Part shown: piece after piece, positions 49,423 to 59,864 of the stretch
Layout of the letters: each line of letters begins with the position of its first letter
Numbering within the stretch: position 1 is the stretch's first letter
NCBI RefSeq assembly: GCF_021028975.2
Contig: NC_059428.1
Coordinates: 8,122,001-8,186,000 of the forward strand
Length of the DNA stretch: 64,000 nt
Source: Sphaerodactylus townsendi
Lineage: Eukaryota
Direction of reading: 5' to 3'
The notes under the pieces: model-generated
Database searches by the model: none
The model's input: only the letters and a program-made list of their open reading frames with translations
What the model was told of the DNA's origin: nothing
Position numbers and translations under genes: made by a program

Positions 49423-50928
49423 ATGTCCGACAGCGTCATGGTGGAAAGCCAGAAAATCTCCGGCGCGGACCTCAGGGCCACCACCGAGCCTCAAGTTGTC
49501 CGTGTCCTCGTAAAGGCCCCACGGCAGAAGGAAGAGTTTCTGGTCCACCAGGACATGCTTGTGGGAGAGTTCAAGGAACACATAGGCCGGCATTTCTCCT
49601 CTTCCCCTGACCGAGTCGTGCTGGTGTACGCCGGAAGGATCTTAAAAGACCACAAGACCCTGGGCCAGCACAGGATCCACCTCGATGATGACGCCACCAT
49701 CTTCGTGGTCCTCCGGTCCCACCGAGTGCCACAACCCCGACAAACCTCTGCCGTTCTGCCCCACCCGGCCTTGGGCCAGAAGCCCCACCCCAGTAGCGCT
49801 TTTCCCATGGCTGGCTCATGGGAGCTGATCACAGCCTGGGCCTCAACACGCCACCTGCTGTGGGAGTTCCAGACCCAGCTGATGTCCGATCCGGACCTGA
49901 TGCTCCGGCTCCTGGAAAACCCGTTCATCCAGAGCAAGCTCTCCCGCCCCGACCTGATGAAGGAGCTGGTCACCAACAACCCCCAGGTGCAGCAGGTGAT
50001 TCAGAAAGCGCCCGAGATCAGCCATGTCTTCAGCTCTCCAGAGGGCATGAAGCTGGTGGTAGAGCTGGCCAGGAACCCGGCGGTTGTGCGGGAAATCATC
50101 AAGCCTCCCCCTCAGGCCTCCGACTTCCCCAGCGGAGACAACAACGGCTCCCAGCCGGGACATTTCGTCGAGACGCCAGGCCTGCTGCACAAGGGCCTTC
50201 CGAAAAAGGGGTCGGCCAGCTCTGGCAGTGGCCACCCACCCACCCACCCCTGTGAAAAGCTGTCTGCTAAAGAGAGGTCGCTTCTGACCGGTGTCCGGCC
50301 TCCAAGGCCGGGTGCCCAGAACATCAGCTCTGGTGGCCACGATCAAAGTCACGAGGAAGGCGGTGGAGTGAAGGAAGAAGCTGGGCAGATGGTCTCCACA
50401 GCGGTGAAGAACCTGCTCCACCAAATCATACGGCACCTCCTGGAGAACGTTGCCAGCAGCCCTAGCAGGAACACCGCCGGTCAGGTGCTCAGCCATGCCC
50501 CAGAGCTGGTGGCCAAGATGATCCGGAAGAACGCCACGGTGCCCAGGAACTCCCGAGAGCAGGCCGCCACGCAGATCCCGGCCCTGCTGCAGCAGATGCA
50601 GAGCCCAGACATCTTCTGGGCCAACTGGAGTCCAAAGGAGATCCAGGGACTGCTAGAAATCCAGCAGCGGCTCCAGGCTCTCTCTGCAGACGAGCCAGCG
50701 AAAAGACCCCACCGAGACGAGCGGCCCGTGCGGAGGGCGCACTCCAACACGTCTCTCTGTGATATCGGACCCCCTGCCTCCAGGGTGGGGCACCAGGGCT
50801 TCTCTGCCCAGAGGATCTTGCAGGCTCTGGTGGGCGCAGATTGGGCAGCCGGTGCCAAACCCCTCAGCAACTTGCGGGGCTCTTCGGCCCAGCCCTCCTC
50901 CAAGCAACAGCGGACCTACAAGCTCTGA
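49423..50928 (+). CDS. Intronless ubiquilin-like protein 1 (UBL + STI1-like segments, no in-frame UBA)
   Basis: UBL: VRVLVKAPRQKEEF...VLVYAGRILKDHKTLGQH. STI1-like: LMSDPDLMLRLLENPFIQ..NNPQVQQVIQKAPEISHVFSSPEGMKLVVELARNPAV. C-terminal QIPALLQQMQSPD..IQGLLEIQQRLQAL matches the ubiquilin QLP.FLQQMQNP..QALLQIQQGLQTL segment. Stronger Kozak ATG at 49438. ATTAAA at 51031. Confidence 0.92.
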   Translation: MSDSVMVESQKISGADLRATTEPQVVRVLVKAPRQKEEFLVHQDMLVGEFKEHIGRHFSSSPDRVVLVYAGRILKDHKTLGQHRIHLDDDATIFVVLRSHRVPQPRQTSAVLPHPALGQKPHPSSAFPMAGSWELITAWASTRHLLWEFQTQLMSDPDLMLRLLENPFIQSKLSRPDLMKELVTNNPQVQQVIQKAPEISHVFSSPEGMKLVVELARNPAVVREIIKPPPQASDFPSGDNNGSQPGHFVETPGLLHKGLPKKGSASSGSGHPPTHPCEKLSAKERSLLTGVRPPRPGAQNISSGGHDQSHEEGGGVKEEAGQMVSTAVKNLLHQIIRHLLENVASSPSRNTAGQVLSHAPELVAKMIRKNATVPRNSREQAATQIPALLQQMQSPDIFWANWSPKEIQGLLEIQQRLQALSADEPAKRPHRDERPVRRAHSNTSLCDIGPPASRVGHQGFSAQRILQALVGADWAAGAKPLSNLRGSSAQPSSKQQRTYKL

Positions 50929-52775
50929 GTTGGAGAAGGCGGGAAGCGGAGACGGCGGCGGAAGGAGGCCTTTCCTGGCTCCCTGCGCTGCAGCCAGAGC
51001 TTCGTACGAGGATGAATTTCATGATTTCGGATTAAAAAGCTTTACGTATTTCAAAGGATCTCCTGTGTTGATTTCTTCTGCAGGTGAGGGAGGCGTTTGC
51101 CAACCGCTGCTTGGGAGATTCCCAGAGATTTGGGGGCAATACCAGGGGAGGGACTTCTCTTCCAAAGCTGCCATCCCATCTGGAGAACTCCTGCCCACCC
51201 AGCTTGAAGAGCAGCTAAGAGGAGCGTGGTGTAGTGGTTAAAGAGCAGGGGGATCAAGTCCGATTACTCCTCCACATGAGCGGCAGAGTTTCATCTGGTG
51301 AACTGGATTTGTTCCCCCCTCCTACACATGAAGCCTGCCGGGTAGCCTTGGGCCAATCACAGAACTCTCTCAGCCCCACCGACCTCACAAGGTGCCTGTT
51401 ATGGGGTGAGGAAGAAGAAGGAGTTTGTAAGCTGCCTTGAGTCTCCTTTCGGGAGAGAAAGGTGGGATATAAACCCAAAACTCATCTCCTTTTGAGATAG
51501 TAAATCTGAGGCAAACAGAAAGTTTCGTTTTGTAGGGAGAAGTCTGCTAAGGAGTCATCCCATTTTATCCAGAGGCAACATCAGAGGCCACCCAAGAAAG
51601 CCCAAGAAAGGAAAAATATCAGTCTCTTCCCTTTTCATCCCAGCTTTCTCCAAGGAGCGGCCAAGGCCTTCCAGTTACCTTTATGGAAGAGTGGAGATTT
51701 GGCCCCAAGCATCTCTCATTCTAGTTCCTGAGGGAGAAAGAATTCCAGGGAGAGCTTCCAGAGCTCATGGTGCCATCAGTCTCCTGCCAGCATGGCCAAT
51801 TGGCCATGCTGGCAGGGGCTGATGGGAATTGTACTCCATGAACATCTGGAGTGCCATAGGTTTGCCACCACTGTTCTAGTTCAATACCATAACCACTGCA
51901 TGATATTACCTTCCCACTGTTGCTCTTTGGCCATGGGGAGGAGATGCATGGGGAGGAGCTGTGGCCCAGTGGAAGAGCCTCTGGAAGTTGTGGGGGGGTG
52001 CTCTCTGCATGCTCCACTTTCCAAATCTCCAGGTATGTCCAAGACAGGAGCTGGAAACGTGGGTTAATATATTCAGTGGAGATACTTAGCGGCAGAGATG
52101 CGGACGCAGTCTCATGTGGAAAACGAAAGACTATAGCCAGAGATACTTTGAGTTGCTTTTGGCATAAAAATAGCTTGCTAGCTTAAAGGAAGGGTTACAT
52201 GGAATAAAACAACAAACGCTGTACTGTTCTGTTACACATTTACAGCATTGATTACAATCTAGGACTACATCTCGTTGTCTATCTGCTATCTCGCCTTGCG
52301 GCTCTAAACATGTGTGTTGAACAAAGACAACAGGTAACTTTATAACTTCAGATACATGTGCTTACTAACATGTAAGCAATGGTAGTCTGACTGACCAATG
52401 GCTAATCAATAGACCAGATCATAGAACAGCTTATTTACAGACAGACAGTTAACCCCTTAGTAACTGAATTGTGAGCGACACGTGCAAATACCAACACAGA
52501 AACCGTCAGTTTAGTCTTCCCAGGATGCCCAAAGACAAGAAGAGATAAAAGCAGGCTTGGTGGAGGAGTCAGCCCATGGGTCATCGGGGTCTGCTGCCAA
52601 CAATAAATCCCACTGAACAACAAAGTTAGTTTCAAAGGGTGCCCATGTTGGTCTGCCCTACAAGAGCTAGATTCCAGTTCAGTAGCACCTGAGAAACCAA
52701 CAAAAAGACCTGGGTAGAAGCTTTCAGGCGTGGAAGTCATTGGATGAAGGGCACTTTGGCTCTCCAAAGCTCATA

Positions 52776-53275
52776 TCGTGTTTCCCCAAAAATAAGGCAG
52801 GGTCTTATATTAATTTTTGCTCCAAAAGATGAGTTAGGGCTTATTTTCAGGGGATGTCTCATTTTTCCCCCCATGATTTTGCACCCCCCCCCCCCACGGG
52901 ACCAGATCACCTGAGCCAGGGAATCTGCAACTACCCTGTTTCCCCGAATATAAGACATCCCCTGAAAATGAGACGTGGTCGAGGTTTTGCTGAAGTGCGA
53001 AATATAAGGCATCCCCCGAAAGTAAGACGTAGCAAAGTTTTTGTTTGGAAGCATGCCCGACAAACAGAACACAGAAAAATAAGACATCCCCTGAAAATAA
53101 GACATAGCGCATCTTTGGGAGCAAAAATTAATATAAGACACTGTCTTATTTTTGGGGAAACACAGTAGGGCTTATTTTGGGAGTTGGGCTTATATTTCAA
53201 GCATCCTCAAAAAAAATCCCAAAAAATCATGCTAGGGCTTATTTTCGAGTTGGTCTTATTTTTGGGGAAACAGGG
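52776..53275. mobile_element. Tc1/mariner-type MITE with a nested related MITE (52934-53165)
   Basis: Outer TIRs cgtgtttccccaaaaataag / cttatttttggggaaacaggg, TA flanks; inner copy has its own TA flanks. Confidence 0.85.
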
Positions 53276-54331
53276 TACTTCAAAAACCGTGCTGATCATT
53301 AAATTGCTACTGGACTCAAATCTAGCTCTCCTAAACCCAAGACTTCCAGCAATTTCAACAGATATCTCAGCTGAATTATAAACAACACAGGGGTGAAAAA
53401 TGTCATGCTTAAGGTTCTTTTCTAACTTTCTAGGGAAAACTTTCTGTGTCCAGTGAAATGGGGCCTGAAGACGAATGAGTGGTCGCTCCGTTGCCTCCTT
53501 TTAAGTAGACTGGGCAGATCACTCTTGCTTCACTCCCTATGGTGTGAAATACAAATCTGGATCCACTTCCCAATCCTCCCCACCGATCTGGATTGGACAC
53601 GTGTTTTCTGAAAAGGTGCTCAATCATGCAGGTCCTAGGAAAACACATGATAAGGGGTCGAGGGAGCGCCAGAACCGGGATGAAACCGTATTCGGCAGTG
53701 TTGCTGTGGGGTTTCGTCCTGAAACCCGGGTATTTCGGGTGACTATCATGGGATTATTCGCCAGTGGGGATTCGACTGAGGGTGCAGGGTACCAATGTTG
53801 TAATGCATTTTTAAAAGGCCATTTATTGCCCCCTGCCCTCCTTATGGACCTCAAGTACAAATTAAATACATAAGACAAGGAACATAACATATGCAAAACC
53901 AACATTTTTAAAAACCACAGTTTAGGACCACTTTAATCAAAGGCAGCCCCTAAATCGAACCACCTTCAGCTGCCTCCTGATGATCGAAAGGGAGGGGCCA
54001 CGCACTCTTCTTGGAGGAGGCTCCTCTGTAATTGTGGGGCAGCCACCAAGAAGGCCCCTACATGTGTGCATCCAACGGGATTCTTTGCTCGATGGCACGG
54101 TCAGGAGGGCCTCTCTGGGTGACCTTAATTCCCAGGCAGGAGGTGTTTGTCCCAAGCCACGTAGCCACTGGGTGTCAGATGTTACGCTGGCCGTGGGTTC
54201 CAAAGCTGCCTGCTCCCCCTCTGCAGTGGCCAAAGAGAGTCCAAATGCAAAGTGATGAAGGCTGTCCCTACCACAGTGGAAATGGGGAAGGGGCTCTCCT
54301 TGCCACTTTCTGAGGTCTTTAATGCTGGCAG

Positions 54332-54351
54332 TGACCTCACCTGTGATGTCA
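54332..54351. promoter_or_regulatory. Two CRE-like octamers (TGACCTCA, TGATGTCA) upstream of ubiquilin-like 2
   Basis: About 165-180 bp upstream of ATG 54514; similar motifs at 49209-49216 and 63556-63563. Confidence 0.4.
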
Positions 54352-54513
54352 CAGTGACCCTCCCCTTGCTGCCACTCCTGAGCAGCAGCCTGGTTCAGGA
54401 GAAACGGAGGGCAGAAAGGAGGGCAGCGAGGGAGGGAGGGTGGAGCCTGGTTGGGAGGGGCTGCGATGCACCTTCGGCGGCTTCTTCCCCACTTCCTTCG
54501 GCCTCGAAGCATC

Positions 54514-55911
54514 ATGGACATTCTGGGCAAAGGTCAAGAAGGCTCGGTCCCCTGCCCGGTCATCGCCAGCAACCCCAGTTTCATCTGCGTCACGGCCAAG
54601 TCCCCCCAAACAACTGCCAAGTTTGTGCTCCCCGAGACCTGCACGATCCTGCAGTTCAAGGAAGAGATCGCCAAGCGCTTTGGCTGTGAGCCCAGCCAGC
54701 TGGTGCTGGTGTTCTTTGGGAGGCTCCTGAAGGACCAAGCCACCCTCTGGCAGTGCGGGATCAACGACGGGATGACCGTCCACATGGTGATCCGGGCCCA
54801 GCAGAGAGACCCGGAAGATCCGCCTCAGCTGCTGCCGTATGCCCCCAGGAACCCCGGATGTGCCCAGGCGCCCTCCCACAGCACCCTCCGTTCCGCCCCA
54901 TTCGGCCCGAGCGGCCAGGGCTCCTGGGGGCCTCCAGAGGCAACCCTGGCCCACTTGGAGTGGCCGCCGGTGCCCACGTCAGAGATGATCGTCCAGAAGG
55001 TGCGGCAGGTGATCCTGGCCAACCCGGAGATCCAGCAACTGGCCCAGCAGGTCCCGTCCATCAGCCACATTCTCAACAACGCCGACATCATGCGGGTCAT
55101 CTTGGACAAGATGCGGGAGATCATGGACCTGGCCCGGAGCCCTGAGATGATGCCGGACCTGAAGGGTGCGGACCAAGCCCTGGTCAGCCTCCAGAGCAAC
55201 ATCCCCGGCGGGGACAACCCCTTGAGGCAGCTGAATGGGGAGGTGCAGGAGCCCGGGCTGAACGTGGGGCAGGACGGGCCCAATCCTTACGCCACCTTGG
55301 GGAGAAGCCCTTGCCAGTACCCGGAGCAGGGCACCCTCAGGGGCCAGGTCCCCCGCCCGGATAGCCAGGACTGCGTGGCCCCCCAGCCTCTGGCCTCTCA
55401 GAGCACCACCAGCTTTTGGGGCGACGAGGGCGGCATCTCCAACCGCTGGGTGGGTGTCCCTCTGGGGCCCAGCCCCTCCGCGGCCAGCCTGACGCACTGC
55501 TCAGGAGCTGAGCCATTCGGAACGGGGGGTATCCGGAACCCAGACCCCGCCGAGATCCCCCTGATGATCGTGAACCTTTGCAACGCCTACACCAAGCGCG
55601 TGATGATCTCCCTCATGCAGAACGCGCTGCTGGCCTCCCAGAACGGGCAGGTGGGGCAGCAGGAGCAGATCAAGGACCAGGTGAGCAACCTCTCCCAGCA
55701 GATGCAGAGCCCAGAGATGACGGCGGCCATGTCCAACCCCACGGCCATCCAGGCCTGGGTGCAGATGGAGCAGGGACTGCAGACCCTCCTGGCCGAAGCC
55801 CCCGTGCTCGTCCCCTGGTTCATGCTGCGGCTGCGAGGCCTGGAGAACACGGCCGGAGGGGGCCAGGGGGCCGGGGCCCCTTCCTGCCAAGGCCCGGTCA
55901 TTGCTGAGTAG
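54514..55911 (+). CDS. Intronless ubiquilin-like protein 2 (UBL + STI1-like segments, no UBA)
   Basis: UBL: ICVTAKSP..QFKEEIAKRF..QLVLVFFGRLLKDQATL..GINDGMTVHMVIR. Also ILANPEIQQL..ISHILNNADIMR, IPGGDN, and QQMQSPEMTAAMSNPTAIQAWVQMEQGLQTLLAEAP. Strong Kozak atcATGG at 54514; in-frame upstream ATG at 54466. Confidence 0.93.
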   Translation: MDILGKGQEGSVPCPVIASNPSFICVTAKSPQTTAKFVLPETCTILQFKEEIAKRFGCEPSQLVLVFFGRLLKDQATLWQCGINDGMTVHMVIRAQQRDPEDPPQLLPYAPRNPGCAQAPSHSTLRSAPFGPSGQGSWGPPEATLAHLEWPPVPTSEMIVQKVRQVILANPEIQQLAQQVPSISHILNNADIMRVILDKMREIMDLARSPEMMPDLKGADQALVSLQSNIPGGDNPLRQLNGEVQEPGLNVGQDGPNPYATLGRSPCQYPEQGTLRGQVPRPDSQDCVAPQPLASQSTTSFWGDEGGISNRWVGVPLGPSPSAASLTHCSGAEPFGTGGIRNPDPAEIPLMIVNLCNAYTKRVMISLMQNALLASQNGQVGQQEQIKDQVSNLSQQMQSPEMTAAMSNPTAIQAWVQMEQGLQTLLAEAPVLVPWFMLRLRGLENTAGGGQGAGAPSCQGPVIAE

Positions 55912-56260
55912 GGGGGCCGGCCCTTCCACCTCCAGAGGGGCTGTGGGTCTTCTCACCTTCTCAGGCCCCAGAAACCAAACCTGGCCGAGGAACGGAGTCT
56001 CTGACGCGGACGGGAGAGCCTTCTGCAGCGGAACTGTTGGGAAAGAACGGAGGCCACCCCCCAGCGGCGGGGGTGAAGCCGAGCCTCGGCCATGGCGGCC
56101 GCAGGTGCCTGTGATGCGTGGAGTGGGACCCAGACACTCCTGTGACATAAAGAGAAACCACCACCCCCTCTCCCTTGCTTTGTCAACAGCTCTCATTCCT
56201 TTGGGGGAGGCGGGAGCAAGCGTGGGGGGTTGGGGGGCAGGGGTGGGGGCAAGCTGCCTG

Positions 56261-56791
56261 TGTAACCTCTAAGTTCTGTGGGGCAGAACTTGGAATGAGT
56301 TTGCAACAACAAATTTTAAAAACAAAATGGTTTACTTTCTTAACACATAACATCAAACATCAACATTTAACATCACACTTCAAGGTCCTGTTCAGGTTTG
56401 CATTTTCAAGTCCTTCTATTTACAGTCTTCTGATACTGCCAAGTCCAATTCTTCTTTGCAAGTGGGCTGGCTCCTGAAGACTCCAAGGGCTTGGTGAACA
56501 GGATTCAACATGATGAAGGTTTCCAGGAGAACTCTCACCCATCACAACCACAAAAAGAAAACCCTGAAACAATAAACTCCCACATTTACAACATAGCAAA
56601 AATAAACTACCACCTTCCCAGTAGTTCCCAACAACATTGCAGTTACTTTAACAAGGTGTTAAGGGCTTATACAAACCAAGGTCCGAGTCTGGTAGCCTCA
56701 TCTCCTCCAAACTACATGAGCTCTGCAGCCTCCTGCTGCTTTGAGTCTCCACCCCTTTCTGGGTCAACCCATTCTGAGCATGGGGGTTACA
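56261..56791 (-). mobile_element. Solo LTR, family A (long variant)
   Basis: Reverse-complement copy, TSD CCTG, 350 bp downstream of ubiquilin-like 2. Confidence 0.9.
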
Positions 56792-57104
56792 CCTGCAGCA
56801 TCAGGAGGAAAAGGGGGTGCAAGTGAGGGTGGGGCAGGCGGTCATGTGGGGTGGGTCCAAAGATGTCGTTTCTCCTGCCTTTGCCTGCAAAACACATCAG
56901 TGGGCAGCTTCTCCGAAGCGTGCTTGTAGCAGATCCTGCAGCATACAGCTGAAGGGACACTCCCACTGTGGAATAGCGCTTGATGCCAACTTTAGGCTTG
57001 GAAATTCCTGGAGACTCAAAACATGCAAATTGGTGCCATGCTGTAGCGTGGAGGTTCCACAGTGAGGACCTCGCTCTTGGATCAGCAGAGGAAGATGGGA
57101 ATGG

Positions 57105-57340
57105 ATCGTCGAAGACTTTCACAGATGGATTCAACTGGTTGTGGTGGATTTTCCGGGCTGTGTGGCCGTGGTCTGGTGGTTCTTGCTCCTAACGTTTTGC
57201 CTGCATCTGTAGACATAGTGTCTCATAGACTTCTCTCTGTGATACACCTCTGAAGATGCCAGCCATAGATGCAGGCAAAATGTTAGGAACAAGATCCCCC
57301 AGACCACGGCCACACAGCCCGGAAAACCCACCAGAACCAG
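57105..57340. mobile_element. Penelope-like terminal-repeat fragment in inverted arrangement (related: ~28990-29130, 43291-43382)
   Basis: gtcgaagactttcac..ttttccgggctgtgtggccgtgg and the inverted ccacggccacacagcccggaaaac; ctctgaagatgccagcc..gatgcaggc core. Confidence 0.72.
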
Positions 57341-58685
57341 AAGACGGAAATGTCCTCACTCTAGTTTTTGAGTGTTGTGGTTTTGGTTTTTTTAAAAAAA
57401 TCTTTATTTACATTGTTAAAATAACAGTGTAAATGAACACTTTTCACATTTAAAAAAAACCATAAAATTATTTCTGCATTTAACAAAACACTGCCCAAAC
57501 CAGCTCCTACCTAAGCATTTTGATATATAATATTATTATGATTTTTGTTCAAGTCACTGTTAAATAATCCTTAAACAATTTTTCTTCCCTACGAAACTCT
57601 GAAGAGATACTGTCTGTGAGAGTGATATATTCCACTTCAGAACTTTTAAAGTTATTGTTGATACCATATTTATTTATTTATTTCTTGGTTGAACTTATAT
57701 ACTGCCCTCCCCCGGAGGGCTCAGGGCGGTGAACAACAAAAGAAAATAGAGCACATAAACCAAAGACTAAAATCCGGTAAATATTAATTAAATTGGCTCT
57801 ATATAAATAAAATAACCCCACCCCATTAAAACGCAGCATACTAAAATCACCCTTGACTTCTACTCAAGTCAATAAGTTTTCCCAGTTTTTTGTGGTAAAA
57901 ATTAGGTGCCTCGACTTATACGCGGGTCAACTTGTACACAAGTATATACGGTAATATGTTCTACAGAGTGTGGTAGTTTTTAATGTCTTATGTCCATTTC
58001 TTCTTTTGTGCAGGGACTGACCTGTTTGTCGGATGTTATGTCGTGATCTGATCCTGCCCGGGACCTGGGCAGACCCCCCCCCCCCACTCAGTTAAACTAT
58101 TTTCCTTTTCTCAGACCTGTTATCACCTCGTATTCCACCTGCCATTACAACTTTCTCAATAACATAAAATATAGGTTATTTTGACCCTAGTGGGGGGGAG
58201 GTGGTTTCTCCTTCCAGCAGACTGTTGGACTGGGGAGATAACGCCCCCCCCCCGCCCCCGCCCCCCCGGGGACTAGTCAACGGGGTGGGGTGACAGGACA
58301 TAGGAATGACATGAGATGTAATAATGCTTACAATATTGACTATACTCCATTCTGACAATATAAATCTAAACATTCATTTCCTAATGCTATTCCATAATAA
58401 AGAAATCAACTAAAACCCAAGTCGTCTTATACGACTGACAGGCCATTCCATTAATTTCCCAGGTTATTCTACTGCTGACCTCTGAGTTGCCGTCCTCAAA
58501 CAGCAAAGCAAAAGGGGCGACTATAACGCAAGATTGCTGAACTTGGGATCATTCAAAAAATTAAAAACAATGCCCCCCCACCCCCCGCTGCATAAGACAT
58601 AGGATTCTTATCTCAATTCAGATAGTAATTTTCTACCCTGCACTATTTCTTGGCATGTATACCCCAGTCTTATAAGATCTAAATG

Positions 58686-59240
58686 GAGGGATGTAATTGT
58701 ACCTCTCTATTCTGCATTGGTTAGACCTCACTTGGAATATTGTGTCCAGTTCTGAGCATTGCAATTCAAGAAGGATATTGACCAGCTAGAACAGGTCCAG
58801 AAGAGGGCAACCAAAATGGTCAAAGGTCTGGAATCCACGCCCTACGAGGAGAGACTTGGGGAGCCGGGGATGTTTAGTTTGGTGAAGAGAAGGTTAAGAG
58901 GTGACATGATAGCCATGTTTAAATATTTGAAGGGATGTCGTGTTGGTGAGGGAGCAAGCTTGTTTCCTGCTGCTCCAGAGATGAGGACCAGGAGTCATGG
59001 GTTCAAGGAGCAGGAAAAGAGATCCCACCTAAACATCAGGAAGAACTTCCTGACCATCAGGGCTGTCTGACAGTGGAATGCGCTGCCTCGGAGGGTGGTG
59101 GAGTCTCCTTCTTTGGGGGTTTTTAAAGAGAGGCTGGATCAGCATATGTCGGGAGTGCTTTGATTGTGTGTTTGTGCGTTGCAGGGGGTTGGACTGGATG
59201 GCCCTTGGGGGTCTCTTCCAGCTCTATGATTCTATGATCT
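58686..59240 (+). mobile_element. CR1 LINE 3' fragment (second subfamily)
   Basis: FKKDIDQLEQVQKRATKMVKGLE..YEERL; (ATTCTATG) tail. Confidence 0.9.
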
Positions 59241-59864
59241 TGGGAACCAAGCAAGGCTGGTACTTGGAAGGAGGACCCCCAAGGGAGACTCTGCAGAGGA
59301 AGGCCACAGCAAACCGCCTCTACTTCTCCTTTGCTTTGGAAGCCCCTTGCTGGGATCACCGTACGTTGGTTGTAACTTGGAGGCACTTGACGCACACACA
59401 CCACACGCACACACAAGCATTTGATTTCCCCTTTGTGCTACCCAAGCTGACTGCAGTGTGCATTGTCACCCTGACTTGCTTATTCACAACAGGGCCCCCC
59501 CACCCCCTTCTAATAGGGATCTGAGGGCTCAGGGACCTCCTTTCCAACTGGTGTCTGACCAAAGGGAGATCTGACTGAGGAGAGCAGGCACCCGGAAAAT
59601 GCCAACGTGTCTCAGTGCTCCTGGACTACGGACCTGACTCTTCTACTGCAGACTAGGACGGCCACCCTTAAAACGATCCTCAAGACACAGCAGCTGTTCC
59701 AGCTGACCTGGTCCACCATCCCATTAAACATAAGGATTTGGAAGCGGGCCGTTCCTTTCCATAACTCTCACTCTCTTGCAAGTTTGGCGATAACATCACA
59801 AAAGGCGGCTGAGAAGATGCATCAATAACAGTTTCAAATGAGATGGGTTTTAGAATGCTGCTTA

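Noticed and set aside
31508-53200. Repeated ORFs with CLIFRGCLIF motifs at three loci
   Set aside because: Translations of subterminal repeats of a Tc1/mariner-type MITE.
49491-56196. Many antisense and alternate-frame ORFs over the ubiquilin genes
   Set aside because: Expected shadows of GC-rich coding sequence with no recognisable domains; the 50841 frame is the exception and is reported.
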